From NCBI GenBank assembly GCA_038525315.1, contig JBCBHU010000003.1, positions 219,011 to 283,010 of the forward strand: DNA of 64,000 nt, in the 5' to 3' direction. Shown here piece after piece: positions 30,575 through 40,633 of this stretch (the first letter of the stretch is position 1; the number at the start of each line of letters is the position of its first letter). The position numbers and the translations under genes were made by a program. This DNA is from Pseudomonadota bacterium. GTDB lineage: Bacteria > Pseudomonadota > Alphaproteobacteria > Rhizobiales > Rhizobiaceae. Under the pieces are notes generated by a model, which searched no databases, had not been told where the DNA came from, and saw nothing but the letters and a program-made list of their open reading frames with translations.

Positions 30575-31981
30575 TCAGCATTCCACCACATTCACGGCCA
30601 GACCGCCTTGGGACGTTTCCTTATATTTTGCATCCATGTCCCGCCCCGTCTGGCGCATGGTTTCAATACAGGCGTCCAGCGGCACAAAGTGCTGACCGTC
30701 ACCGTGCAGTGCCAGCGAAGCGGCAGTCACAGACTTCACAGCCCCCAGCGCATTACGCTCGATGCAAGGCACCTGCACCAACCCGCCTACAGGGTCGCAG
30801 GTCATGCCCAAATGGTGTTCCAGGGCTATTTCTGCCGCATTTTCCACCTGTTCCGGTGTTCCGCCCATAACAGCGGCAAGGCCCGCGGCGGCCATGGCGG
30901 CGGCCGAACCCACCTCCCCCTGACAGCCCACTTCCGCGCCGGAAATGGAAGCATTGGTTTTGATAATGCCCCCAATGGCGGCGGCGGTGAGCAAGAAATC
31001 TTCAATCTGCTCGTCGCTAACGCCGGGGTTGAATTTCAAGTGATAGCTCAACACGGCGGGGATAACCCCGGCCGCCCCGTTGGTGGGGGCCGTCACCACC
31101 TTGCCCCCCGCTGCATTTTCCTCGTTCACCGCCATGGCGAAGACGGAAAGCCAATCATTGGCCGCCAGCGGGCCAAGCATATTGTCCTGCCAGTTCTGCT
31201 CCAGCTTCTCCGCAAGACCTTTGGCGCGCCTTTTCACAAACAGCCCGCCGGGCAATTCCCCCTCTTCAGAAAGCCCCCGCTTCACGCACGCATCCATGGC
31301 CCCCCAAATCTGGCGCACTTCTTGTCCTAAAACCGGGGCGGAGCGGCCAGAGGCCGCCAGTTCATTCTCCCGCTTCATGGCTGCGATTGATTTACCGCTG
31401 CGCGCGGCCATCTCAAGCATTTCGCGGGCCGAGGCGAAGGGGTGGGGGGTGTTGCGCGGCGGTGCCGGGTCCACCCCCGCTTTCATGCGCTCCAACTCCA
31501 TTTCATCCACCACAAAGCCGCCACCGACAGAATAGTAAACCTGCCGCACCAGCACTTGCCCATTCTCATCAAGGGCGCAAAACCGCATACCATTGGCATG
31601 GCCCGGCAGGGTCTCGTCATAATCAAAAATCAGATCACGGGTGGGATCAAAAGCCCAAGGGGCAAAACCCTGCGCTTCCACCACACAATCGCGGGCGTTG
31701 CGTTCAATAATGCCCTCTACGGCGTCCGGGTCCAGCGTGGCCGGATCACACCCCATCAGGCCCAAAATCACCGCCCGGTCACTGCTGTGCCCCTTGCCTG
31801 TAAAGGCCAGCGACCCATGCAGCGAAGCCTGAATGCGGTGCACGCTGGCCGAAGCCGGTCGCGGCCAGTCCCCATCCCGCACATGGTGCAGAAAGCGGCG
31901 TGCCGCCACCATGGGCCCCATCGTGTGGGAGGAGGACGGCCCAACCCCAATCTTGAACAGGTCAAATACGGACAAAAACAT
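30575..31981 (-). CDS. sdaA: L-serine ammonia-lyase (Fe-S, single chain)
   Basis: SVFDLFKIGVGPSSSHTMGPM, VTAPTNGAAG, AEVGCQGEVG, LGMTCDPVGGLVQVPCIERN and KYKETSQGGLA motifs. Start ATG 31981. Confidence 0.95.
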   Translation of the reverse strand: MFLSVFDLFKIGVGPSSSHTMGPMVAARRFLHHVRDGDWPRPASASVHRIQASLHGSLAFTGKGHSSDRAVILGLMGCDPATLDPDAVEGIIERNARDCVVEAQGFAPWAFDPTRDLIFDYDETLPGHANGMRFCALDENGQVLVRQVYYSVGGGFVVDEMELERMKAGVDPAPPRNTPHPFASAREMLEMAARSGKSIAAMKRENELAASGRSAPVLGQEVRQIWGAMDACVKRGLSEEGELPGGLFVKRRAKGLAEKLEQNWQDNMLGPLAANDWLSVFAMAVNEENAAGGKVVTAPTNGAAGVIPAVLSYHLKFNPGVSDEQIEDFLLTAAAIGGIIKTNASISGAEVGCQGEVGSAAAMAAAGLAAVMGGTPEQVENAAEIALEHHLGMTCDPVGGLVQVPCIERNALGAVKSVTAASLALHGDGQHFVPLDACIETMRQTGRDMDAKYKETSQGGLAVNVVEC

Positions 31982-32136
31982 GGGCTGGCCTGCCTGAATC
32001 ACTATGGCGACAGGCCTTGCTAACGCCCTATCACACAACGAAGATCACGATTGACTCTTTGCCTTAACTTGAAGCGCGGCACAACGCGCCCCGCGACGCG
32101 CTATGCCGCAGTCGGCATTTCCGCTAAGGCCGGTTC

Positions 32137-32859
32137 ATGGAATTCCCCTCCCCCCTCATCGAAGGCATTTTGGAACAGCGCTACAAGCGGTTTCTGGCCG
32201 ACATTCGCCTGCCGGACGGCACGATCATCACCGCCCACTGCCCCAATTCCGGTGCCATGATGGGCCTCAATCAGCCGGGCGCGCGCGCTTTTTTGTCCAA
32301 GAGTGACAACCCCAAACGCAAGCTCGCCCACACCTTGGAGGTGCTGGAAGTGGATGCGCCGGCTGGCCCCGTCATGGTGGGCATCAACACCATGCACCCC
32401 AACAAACTAGCGCAAGAAGCCATCATCGCTGGCCGTCTGCCAACGCTGGCGGGCTATGACAATCTGCGGCGCGAAGTGCGTTATGGCGAGAATTCCCGCA
32501 TCGACATACTGCTGGAAAGTGAAGACAGGCCACCCTGCTATGTGGAAGTCAAAAACGTCCATCTTGTGCGCCAAGCCGGGCTGCACGAATTTCCTGACTG
32601 CCGAACGGAACGGGGCACAAAACACCTGCGTGAACTCACAACGGTTGTCCAAGGGGGAAGCCGCGCCGTGATGCTCTACATCATCCAGCGCGGCGATGGT
32701 GACCGGCTGGCCTTTGCCCGCGATCTTGACCCAGACTATGTGGCAACACTTGCTACCGCCCATGCGGCCGGGGTGGAAGTCTTGGCCCTGGTTTGCACTG
32801 TGACAACGCAGGGCATAGACGCCATCCGGCCTGTTCCTGTTGATATTCCCACAGTATAG
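32137..32859 (+). CDS. sfsA: DNA/RNA nuclease SfsA
   Basis: RYKRFLAD, AHCPNSGAM, YVEVKNV and FPDCRTERGTKHLREL motifs. Confidence 0.93.
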   Translation: MEFPSPLIEGILEQRYKRFLADIRLPDGTIITAHCPNSGAMMGLNQPGARAFLSKSDNPKRKLAHTLEVLEVDAPAGPVMVGINTMHPNKLAQEAIIAGRLPTLAGYDNLRREVRYGENSRIDILLESEDRPPCYVEVKNVHLVRQAGLHEFPDCRTERGTKHLRELTTVVQGGSRAVMLYIIQRGDGDRLAFARDLDPDYVATLATAHAAGVEVLALVCTVTTQGIDAIRPVPVDIPTV

Positions 32860-32923
32860 GTGTTGCGGGGTCAGCCTGCGCCCACTAGGTATTGGTTAAT
32901 TCTGCTCACCGAAGGCCGATGCC

Positions 32924-33754
32924 GTGACAAGCTATCTTGAAGCCGCCGCCGCCCCGCTGCGCAATACAGGACAGATCAAGCTCTACAGTGCCGGGGAATT
33001 TGAGGCCATGCGCGCGGCTTGCCAGCTGACGGCGCGCTGCCTTGATGCGGTCAACGATCTGGTGGAAGTGGGCCGCCCCACCCAAGACATTGAAGATTTT
33101 GTCCACCAATTTGGCCGGGACAATAATGCCGTCCCCGCCACCCTTAATTATCGCGGCTATCCCCACTCAAGCTGCATATCGCTCAATCATGTGGTCTGCC
33201 ACGGTTTCCCCTCCAGCAAGCCCCTGCGTAATGGCGACATTCTCAACGTGGACATCACGTTCATTTTGGACGGGTGGTTCGGCGATTCCAGCCGCATGTA
33301 TATAGCCGGCCAGCCAAAACGGGCGGCAGAACGGCTGGTGGATCTAACCTATGATTGCCTGATGGCCGGTATCGGGGCCGTGAAACCCGGCAATCGTATG
33401 GGCGCCATCGGTGCCGCAATTCAGGAATTGGCCGAAAACGAGCGTTGCTCCGTGGTGCGAGACTTTTGCGGCCACGGTCTTGGCCGCCTGTTCCATGATG
33501 CGCCCAATGTGCTCCACTACGGTCGCTCCGATGAGGGCGTGGAAATGCGCCCCGGCATGATGTTCACCATCGAGCCCATGATCAATCTGGGCAAACATCA
33601 CGTCAAAATTTTGAAAGACGGTTGGACGGCCGTGACGCGGGACCGTTCCCTCTCAGCCCAATTCGAACACTCCGTGGGCGTGACCGAGGACGGCTGCGAA
33701 ATTTTTACCACCTCCCCCAAGGGCCTGCACAAACCTGCCCAACTCATGGGTTAG
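32924..33754 (+). CDS. map: Methionine aminopeptidase type I
   Basis: [41 protein letters not shown] and SAQFEH metal-site motifs. Confidence 0.97.
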   Translation: MTSYLEAAAAPLRNTGQIKLYSAGEFEAMRAACQLTARCLDAVNDLVEVGRPTQDIEDFVHQFGRDNNAVPATLNYRGYPHSSCISLNHVVCHGFPSSKPLRNGDILNVDITFILDGWFGDSSRMYIAGQPKRAAERLVDLTYDCLMAGIGAVKPGNRMGAIGAAIQELAENERCSVVRDFCGHGLGRLFHDAPNVLHYGRSDEGVEMRPGMMFTIEPMINLGKHHVKILKDGWTAVTRDRSLSAQFEHSVGVTEDGCEIFTTSPKGLHKPAQLMG

Positions 33755-33758
33755 GAGC

Positions 33759-34526
33759 ATGGGCGGGGGAGACGACAAACAACTGCCCTTCGACACATCC
33801 ACCGGATTGGGCGAAGCGCCGCTCAAATCTCCGGCCAAACCCGTCAGCAAAAGCGAGCCCCACTATCACGGCCACCGGGACCGTTTGCGCGCGCGGTTTG
33901 AAATGGGTGGCCCCGAGGGTTTGTTGGACTACGAACTGTTAGAACTGCTGCTCTACCGATTTATCCCCCGGCGGGATACGAAACCCATTGCCAAGGCTTT
34001 GCTGGATCAATTCGGCTCCCTGGGCGGTGTGCTGAATGCCAGCCGGACCGATTTGCTGAAGGTGTCGGGCATTGGCCTGTCCAGCGCCTTGGATTTGCAG
34101 GCTATGGCCGCCATCACCCGCCGCTCCCTCAAGGAAGAGATCAGCGATCGCCCGATCCTCTCCTCATGGTCGGCGGTCATCGAATATTGCACTGCGGCCA
34201 TGGCCCATGAAACCATTGAACAATTCCGCATCCTGTTTCTCGATAAGCGCAATTGCCTCATTGCCGATGAAGTGCAACAGAAAGGCACGCTGGACCACAC
34301 GCCGGTCTATCCCCGTGAGGTGGTCAAGCGCGCGCTGGAGCAATCGGCATCCGCCCTCATTCTGGTCCACAACCACCCCTCCGGCGACCCTTCGCCTTCC
34401 CTTGCCGATATTGAAATGACCAAGATTATCCTTGAGACCGCAGCGCCCCTGGGGATCACCATCCACGACCACATCATCATCGGGCGTCACGGCCACGTCT
34501 CCATGAAAGCGCAAAATTTGATCTGA
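33759..34526 (+). CDS. radC: RadC family protein (JAB domain)
   Basis: [32 protein letters not shown] and [14 protein letters not shown] motifs. Confidence 0.93.
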   Translation: MGGGDDKQLPFDTSTGLGEAPLKSPAKPVSKSEPHYHGHRDRLRARFEMGGPEGLLDYELLELLLYRFIPRRDTKPIAKALLDQFGSLGGVLNASRTDLLKVSGIGLSSALDLQAMAAITRRSLKEEISDRPILSSWSAVIEYCTAAMAHETIEQFRILFLDKRNCLIADEVQQKGTLDHTPVYPREVVKRALEQSASALILVHNHPSGDPSPSLADIEMTKIILETAAPLGITIHDHIIIGRHGHVSMKAQNLI

Positions 34527-34575
34527 AAGAGCGCCACCTCTTTTTTCCAACGCCGTCAAAGGCTAGACCGGTTCC

Positions 34576-35700
34576 ATGATGCGCATCCTGTTTTTTATTG
34601 CCGCGGTCTGGTGCATTACCGGCCAAGCCCTGGCCCAGACCGGTGAGAAGATTATCGGGCTTTCCCTCCCCCTGGAGGGACGGTTTGGCCCCGTGGCCCA
34701 AAAGGTTGAGTTCGGTGCCCGGCTGGCGCTGGAGCAAATGCGTGGTGCGGGCGAAAACACCACGCTGAAACTGGTTCCAAGCGCCTGCAACGCCAATGCG
34801 GCCATTGAGCAAGCGAGCATGGAAGCCGCCGCATTGCTGGAAGCGAAGGCTGACATAATCATCGGCAGCCTGTGTTTTCGTCACGCCGTGGCGCTCGCCA
34901 AAGCGCTCAACACAGCCGACGGCACAACGCCCACCATCCCTCTCATCGCCCTCGATACCCGTAATAGCGGGCTGGACCGCCTGCGCCGCGTGCAAAACGT
35001 TCCGCTCTACAGCCTGTCTGCCGCAGCCGATGCGGAGGCCATGGCGGTGGTTCAGCAAATCCTGCCCCGCTTCAAGGGCGTGCCCTGGGCACTGGTGGAC
35101 GATGGCAGCGTCTATGGCCGCAGCCTTACCGATGCGGTGCGACTGGCGGCGGAACAGGTGGGCATGAAACCCACGGTGGTGGATAATTTTCGCCCGCTGC
35201 AAACCACGCAGATTGGGCTGATGCGCCGCCTGCGCCAATCCGGCGTTGAAGCCGTGTTCATCGCCGCAGGGCCAGAAGACATCGTCACGCTCCTGTCCAA
35301 CGCCCGCACCCTTTCGCTGAACTGGCAATTTGCCGCCGGCGAACAGGCAATCCTGCTGCCTTTCACCGCCGGAGCCTCCACCGTGCCGCAGGGTTTTTTG
35401 ATGGCTGCCCCCCAAATGCCCGCCCTGCAAACCACGCCCGAATTGTTGGAAAAACTAAAAGGCGAAGAAGACCGGGTAGAACCCGAATTGCTGCTGGGCT
35501 TTTTGGCCGTGCAGGTCGCGGCCAAGGCGCTGGAAGGCCGTAACCCCACCAAAGGTTTACCCGATTTTACGGGCCAGAGCTTCAACACGCTGGTGGGCCC
35601 ATTGCAATTTAATGACGAGGGGCGGGCAACGCCCATTCCCTTTGGCATTTTCCGCTGGAACAACGGCAGTTTCTCCCCTGTTCCACCGCAGCAGAACTGA
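34576..35700 (+). CDS. ABC transporter substrate-binding protein, branched-chain amino acid (Liv) type
   Basis: Signal peptide, IGLSLPLEG, DDGSVYGRSL...VRLA and FNTLVGPLQFNDEG features of periplasmic binding protein type 1. Confidence 0.75.
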   Translation: MMRILFFIAAVWCITGQALAQTGEKIIGLSLPLEGRFGPVAQKVEFGARLALEQMRGAGENTTLKLVPSACNANAAIEQASMEAAALLEAKADIIIGSLCFRHAVALAKALNTADGTTPTIPLIALDTRNSGLDRLRRVQNVPLYSLSAAADAEAMAVVQQILPRFKGVPWALVDDGSVYGRSLTDAVRLAAEQVGMKPTVVDNFRPLQTTQIGLMRRLRQSGVEAVFIAAGPEDIVTLLSNARTLSLNWQFAAGEQAILLPFTAGASTVPQGFLMAAPQMPALQTTPELLEKLKGEEDRVEPELLLGFLAVQVAAKALEGRNPTKGLPDFTGQSFNTLVGPLQFNDEGRATPIPFGIFRWNNGSFSPVPPQQN

Positions 35701-35705
35701 CTTCC

Positions 35706-36725
35706 ATGAAGACCGGCCAGCGCAATTTGATAACAGACGTTCCCGGCCTGACCGTCGGCAATGCCCAGGACGAAACACTTAAATCCGGCGTCACAACGCT
35801 GCTTTGCGAACGGGAAAACCGGGCCAGTGTTCACGTCATGGGCGGTGCGCCGGGCACGCGGGACACGGAATTGCTCTCACCCCATAACACGGTGGAAAAG
35901 GTTGATGCCCTTTGCCTGTCCGGCGGCTCCGCCTTTGGGCTGGATGCGGCAACTGGCGTGCAATCGGCCCTGCGTGAACAGGGCAAAGGGTTTGCCGTGG
36001 CGGGCCAGCACGTGCCCATTGTGCCCGCCGCCATTCTGTTTGATCTCATCAATGGCGGTGACAAAGACTGGGGCCGCCACCCGCCTTATCGTGACTTGGG
36101 CTATGAAAGCGTGGGCAACGCCCGGCCCCATTTTGACCTGGGCAGCGTTGGCGCTGGCACCGGGGCCTTGGTGGGCAGCAATCTGAAAGGCGGCCTTGGC
36201 TCCGCTTCGACCGTCCTGCCCACCGGCCACACCATTGGTGCGCTGGTCGCCGTCAATGCACTGGGCAGCCCAACTATGGGCGATGGCCCGCACTTCTGGG
36301 CCGCGCCCTTTGAAATCGACCGAGAATTTGGCGGTTTGGGTATGGGCTCCGTTGACCCGGCGCAAGCTCAGGTTTTGCGCATAAAGTTTCGGGAAACCGC
36401 CAAACCCCAAACCAACACCACCATTGGCATCATCGCCACCGATGCCCCCCTCACCAAAGCCCAATGCCAACGCCTCGCCATGGCAGCCCATGACGGCTTT
36501 GCCCGCGCCCTATGGCCCGCCCACACGCCGCTGGATGGCGATCTGATTTTCGCCATTTCCGTGGGCGAGCTCGGGGAACCGGCGGGGCTGGACGCTCAGA
36601 TCGACCTAAGCGCCATTGCCGCCAGCACCATGAGCCGCGCCGTGGCGCGAGGGGTGTATGAGGCGAGAGCAGCTGACGCGGATGTGTTTCCAACTTGGGT
36701 AGAAAAATTTGGCAGCCGCCTTTAA
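35706..36725 (+). CDS. P1 family peptidase (DmpA/S58 L-aminopeptidase/D-esterase-like)
   Basis: NLITDVPGLTVG, GGAPGTRDTELL, LSGGSAFGL, GAGTGA, NTTIGIIATD and PAHTPLDGDLIFA motifs. Confidence 0.88.
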   Translation: MKTGQRNLITDVPGLTVGNAQDETLKSGVTTLLCERENRASVHVMGGAPGTRDTELLSPHNTVEKVDALCLSGGSAFGLDAATGVQSALREQGKGFAVAGQHVPIVPAAILFDLINGGDKDWGRHPPYRDLGYESVGNARPHFDLGSVGAGTGALVGSNLKGGLGSASTVLPTGHTIGALVAVNALGSPTMGDGPHFWAAPFEIDREFGGLGMGSVDPAQAQVLRIKFRETAKPQTNTTIGIIATDAPLTKAQCQRLAMAAHDGFARALWPAHTPLDGDLIFAISVGELGEPAGLDAQIDLSAIAASTMSRAVARGVYEARAADADVFPTWVEKFGSRL

Positions 36726-36749
36726 GCGGTCGCATAACCTACCCTCTAG

Positions 36750-36847
36750 CTCCTCATACCCGGATTTATTGCGGGTATCCATTCCAACGCCCTCGCAAGC
36801 AGCGTGATCTTCAGGCATGGATTACCGGGACAAGCCCGGTAATGACG
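36750..36847. repeat. REP-like paired palindromic repeat (GTCAT/ATGAC-ended family)
   Basis: ctcctcatacccggatttattgcgggtatccattcc ... ggcatggattaccgggacaagcccggtaatgacg; the halves are imperfect inverted copies. Confidence 0.7.
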
Positions 36848-36898
36848 AAGTCAAAAATGTTCCCCTCTTCGCCCACTGTAAAAATCGACAAAAGCACC

Positions 36899-37564
36899 AT
36901 GACCAATCCCATCCTCATCGCCCCTTCGATACTGGGCGCAGACTTTTCCCGTATCGGGCAGGAAGTCACCGATGGCCTGGATGCCGGGGCAGATTGGGTG
37001 CATCTGGACGTGATGGATGGTCACTTCGTGCCCAACATTTCCTTCGGCCCCTTCATCGTCGAAAAGCTGCGCCCGCTCACAGATGCGGTCTTCGACGCCC
37101 ACCTCATGATCGCCCCCTGTGACCCCTATCTGGAAGCCTTTGCCAAGGCCGGCAGTGACATCATTACGATCCATGCAGAAGCCGGACCCCATGCCCACCG
37201 CTCCCTCCAGGCCATCCGGGCGCTGGGCAAAAAAGCGGGTATTGCCCTCAGCCCCGGCACGCCCGTCAGCGCCGTGGAACCATTGTTGGACGTGCTGGAC
37301 CTCATTCTCATCATGTCCGTCAACCCAGGCTTTGGCGGCCAGAAATTCATTCCCCACGCGGTGGAAAAAGTGGCCGCCGTCAAAGCCATGATCGGCGACC
37401 GCCCCATCCATATTGAGGTGGATGGCGGTGTGACCGTTGAAACCGCCCCGCTGGTGCACAAAGCGGGTGCAGATGTGCTGGTGGCCGGGTCCGCCATCTA
37501 TGACGGCAAGGGCAAAGACAGCTATGCTGCCAACATCACCGCCCTCCGAAAGGCCTGCGCATGA
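36899..37564 (+). CDS. rpe: Ribulose-phosphate 3-epimerase
   Basis: IAPSILGADF, HLDVMDGHFVPNISFG, MSVNPGFGGQKF and EVDGGV motifs. Start ATG 36899. Confidence 0.97.
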   Translation: MTNPILIAPSILGADFSRIGQEVTDGLDAGADWVHLDVMDGHFVPNISFGPFIVEKLRPLTDAVFDAHLMIAPCDPYLEAFAKAGSDIITIHAEAGPHAHRSLQAIRALGKKAGIALSPGTPVSAVEPLLDVLDLILIMSVNPGFGGQKFIPHAVEKVAAVKAMIGDRPIHIEVDGGVTVETAPLVHKAGADVLVAGSAIYDGKGKDSYAANITALRKACA

Positions 37565-38352
37565 TCATCCGTCTTCTCGCCTTCCTGTTTTTCGTCACCT
37601 CCGCCCACGCCGCGGAATTTTCCCAAAGCCATGTCTTGGGTTTCTCCGAAGACGGCAAATATTTCGCCTGGGAAGAATACGGCTATCAAGACGGGTCTGG
37701 CACGCCCTATCTCACATTGCATGTGCTGGACGTGGCCAAGGACAGCTTCGCCAAGGGCTTTCCCAAGCGGCTGAAAGCGGACGAGGAAGAGGCCATTGCG
37801 CTGGAGCGGGAAGCGCAGCAAAACAAGGCCGTGTCCATCAGCGTCTTTTACCAAAACTATATGGAAAAGCTGCGCGCCAATTTTCGCCAACAACACGCTG
37901 AAGCACTGCGCGCCTATGGCCCTTTCCTGAAAACCCCCGCCAGTGCCCAAAACAGCCCTTTTGAGCGCAATGCCGACACCAATTTCATGGCTTTCAACAT
38001 CTTTGCGTTCAATCCTGTCTTGCGGGCGGGCAAGGATGCCCAAGGCTTTGAATTGCGGCTGGAGGAGTTTCCCCTCTCCGCCACCCATTGCCAACAATTC
38101 AACCCTGACAGCAAGGGCTTCTCCATCGGTTGGCTCGACACAAAATCGGGCCGTGCTGATTTGATCGCCAACGACACCCGCATCCCAAAATCCCGCAATT
38201 GCCCCAAGCGCTACGGGCTGGAAGCGGCGCATATCCACATCAATCGGGATGACATGGCCTCGCTTGCCGTGCTGGTGCGGTATACAACGCCCGGGTTCGA
38301 GGGTGACGATGGCCGCTTGCTTGCCGTCTCCGCCCGCCTCCCCATTCGCTAA
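37561..38352 (+). CDS. Secreted protein, DUF2259-like
   Basis: Signal peptide (…TSAHA), LGFSEDGKYFAWEEYGYQDGSGTPY and IPKSRNCPKRY motifs. ATGA overlap with rpe. Confidence 0.7.
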   Translation: MIIRLLAFLFFVTSAHAAEFSQSHVLGFSEDGKYFAWEEYGYQDGSGTPYLTLHVLDVAKDSFAKGFPKRLKADEEEAIALEREAQQNKAVSISVFYQNYMEKLRANFRQQHAEALRAYGPFLKTPASAQNSPFERNADTNFMAFNIFAFNPVLRAGKDAQGFELRLEEFPLSATHCQQFNPDSKGFSIGWLDTKSGRADLIANDTRIPKSRNCPKRYGLEAAHIHINRDDMASLAVLVRYTTPGFEGDDGRLLAVSARLPIR

Positions 38353-38381
38353 AGTATCTCTATAACAGTAGAGCCACTTTA

Positions 38382-38460
38382 GCTTCGTTCGCGCTCACTC
38401 TGTGGGCCTCCCACCCGTGGGTGGCCTTCGCTACGCGGGTGCGGCAAACGATTGCCGGAC
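38382..38460. repeat. Possible single copy of another palindromic intergenic repeat
   Basis: gcttcgttcgcgctcactc...ccacc-cgtg-ggtgg...ccttcgctacgcgggtgcggc. It has nested hairpins, but only one copy is in the window. Confidence 0.3.
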
Positions 38461-38503
38461 AGCTCTTCGCCGTCCACCATTTTTAGCCTGACTGGAGCCT
38501 CCC

Positions 38504-39811
38504 ATGATACCCCGCTATTCCCGCCCTCAAATGGCGGAAATCTGGTCCCCCGCTTCCAAATTCCGCATCTGGTTTGAGATTGAAGCCCACGCCTGCGATG
38601 CCATGGCCGATCTGGGCGTTATTCCCAAATCCGCCGCCGAAACCATCTGGGAAAAGGGCGGCAAGGCGGAATTTGACGTGGAGCGCATCGACGCCATCGA
38701 GCGCGAAACCAAGCACGATGTGATCGCCTTCCTCACCCATCTGGCGGAAATCGTCGGCGACGATGCCCGTTTCGTCCACCAGGGCATGACTTCCTCCGAT
38801 GTGCTGGACACCACCCTCAATGTGCAACTGGTCAAAGCCACCGACCTGTTGCTGGAGGATATAGATGCTCTACTGGCCGCCCTCAAAAAACGGGCCTTTG
38901 AGCATAAGGACACGATCACCATTGGCCGCTCCCACGGCATTCACGCGGAACCCACCACATTTGGCGTAAAACTGGCCCAAGCCCATGCGGAGTTTCAGCG
39001 CAACCGTGACCGGCTCATGGCAGCCCGCGCAGAAGTGGCCACCTGCGCCATTTCCGGTGCCGTGGGCACCTTCGCCAATATCAACCCGGCGGTGGAAGAA
39101 CATGTGGCCCAGGCCATGGGGTTGATGCCAGAGACCGTCTCCACCCAAGTCATCCCCCGCGATCGGCACGCCCTGTATTTCGCCACGCTGGGTGTCATCG
39201 CATCCTCCATCGAGCGGCTGGCCACGGAAATTCGCCACCTTCAACGCACGGAAGTGCTGGAAGTGGAGGAATATTTCGCACCCGGCCAAAAGGGCTCCTC
39301 CGCCATGCCCCATAAACGCAACCCCGTGCTGACAGAAAATCTCACGGGCCTGGCACGCATCGTGCGCATGGCCGTTACCCCCGCCATGGAAAACGTGGCG
39401 CTGTGGCACGAGCGGGATATTTCCCACTCCTCCGTGGAACGGATGATTGGCCCGGACACCACGGTAACCCTCGATTTCGCGCTGGTGCGCCTGACTCAAG
39501 TTATCGAAAAACTGCTCGTCTATCCTGAAAATATGGACAAAAACCTCAACCAGTTCCGCGGCCTCGTCCACTCCCAGCGCGTGCTACTGGCCCTCACCCA
39601 AGCCGGTTGTTCCCGCGAAGACAGCTACCGGCTGGTCCAGCGCAACGCCATGAAAGTGTGGGAGCAGGATAAGGATTTCCTGACCGAATTGCTGGCCGAC
39701 GAAGAGGTGCGAGAGCACCTGTCTGAAGACGACATCCGCGAAAAATTCGACCTCGGTTACCACACCAAACATGTGGATACGATTTTCCAGCGTGTGTTTG
39801 GGGAAGCCTAA
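38504..39811 (+). CDS. purB: Adenylosuccinate lyase
   Basis: MIPRYSRP, TKHDVIAFL, GRSHGIHAEPTTFG and signature GSSAMPHKRNP motifs. Confidence 0.98.
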   Translation: MIPRYSRPQMAEIWSPASKFRIWFEIEAHACDAMADLGVIPKSAAETIWEKGGKAEFDVERIDAIERETKHDVIAFLTHLAEIVGDDARFVHQGMTSSDVLDTTLNVQLVKATDLLLEDIDALLAALKKRAFEHKDTITIGRSHGIHAEPTTFGVKLAQAHAEFQRNRDRLMAARAEVATCAISGAVGTFANINPAVEEHVAQAMGLMPETVSTQVIPRDRHALYFATLGVIASSIERLATEIRHLQRTEVLEVEEYFAPGQKGSSAMPHKRNPVLTENLTGLARIVRMAVTPAMENVALWHERDISHSSVERMIGPDTTVTLDFALVRLTQVIEKLLVYPENMDKNLNQFRGLVHSQRVLLALTQAGCSREDSYRLVQRNAMKVWEQDKDFLTELLADEEVREHLSEDDIREKFDLGYHTKHVDTIFQRVFGEA

Positions 39812-39826
39812 TACACCCTCGATCTC

Positions 39827-39954
39827 CACCTCCCCCCGGAGGGGAGGTCGGAGAGCGTAGCGATCCGGGTGGGGGGCTGGATCGTAGCGGCAACTCACAT
39901 CCAGCCCTCCACCCGAAACAACAAGTTGTTTCGACCTCCCCTCTAGGGGGAGGT
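39827..39954. repeat. CCTCCCC...GGGGAGG paired-hairpin repeat, copy 1
   Basis: cacctccccccggaggggaggtcggagagc...ccgaaacaacaagttgtttcgacctcccctctagggggaggt; nearly identical ends recur at 63756-63902. Confidence 0.85.
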
Positions 39955-39975
39955 TAGCCACTTCAAAGGCGAACC

Positions 39976-40536
39976 ATGAAAATCGCAGACGCCGATATTC
40001 TCATAATCCCCGGTTACACCAATTCCTCCCCCGAGCACTGGCAGTCCCGTTGGGAAAAGCAAATGAAAACCGCCCGGCGTGTGCAGCAAGACGATTGGCA
40101 CAAACCGGTGGTGGAGGATTGGACCGTAAATATTCGCGCAGCCATCGAGGAAGCCACCAAGCCGGTCGTGGCGGTGGCCCACTCGCTCGGCGTTCAGGCC
40201 TTTGTGCAAGCCGTGCAGCAAATGGGCGAAGCGGAGACCGCCGCTATCGCCGGAGCCTTTCTCGTGGCCCCACCGGATGTGGAAAATCCATCCATCAAGC
40301 CCAAACACCTCATGACTTTTGGCCCCTACCCGCGCAGCAAACTGCCCTTCCCCAGCGTCTTGATCCACAGCACCAATGATAATTTCTGCGCCATCGAGAA
40401 GGCCGAAGAGATGGGGGCAGCGTGGGGCTCACTCTTCGTGAACGCCCGCGAAAACGGCCACCTCAACGCCGCCACCGGGCACGGCCCCTGGCCGGACGGG
40501 CTGATGGTGTTTGCCAATTTTATGAAGGAATTGTGA
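39976..40536 (+). CDS. RBBP9/YdeN family alpha/beta hydrolase
   Basis: LIIPGYTNS...HWQ, nucleophile elbow VAHSLG, LVAPPD, and GHLNAATGHGPWP motifs. Confidence 0.88.
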   Translation: MKIADADILIIPGYTNSSPEHWQSRWEKQMKTARRVQQDDWHKPVVEDWTVNIRAAIEEATKPVVAVAHSLGVQAFVQAVQQMGEAETAAIAGAFLVAPPDVENPSIKPKHLMTFGPYPRSKLPFPSVLIHSTNDNFCAIEKAEEMGAAWGSLFVNARENGHLNAATGHGPWPDGLMVFANFMKEL

Positions 40537-40633
40537 GTTAAAGTCCGTCTCGCCATGGGCGGACTTCGGCGGCACAACGCGTCAACATTGCGTCATTGGA
40601 CGCCCAAGACGGCCAATAACGCATGGTTAGGGC

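Noticed and set aside
33759-34526. radC as a marker of a mobile element
   Set aside because: It is the full-length chromosomal form in the conserved sfsA-map-radC context, not the short JAB-only version found on islands.
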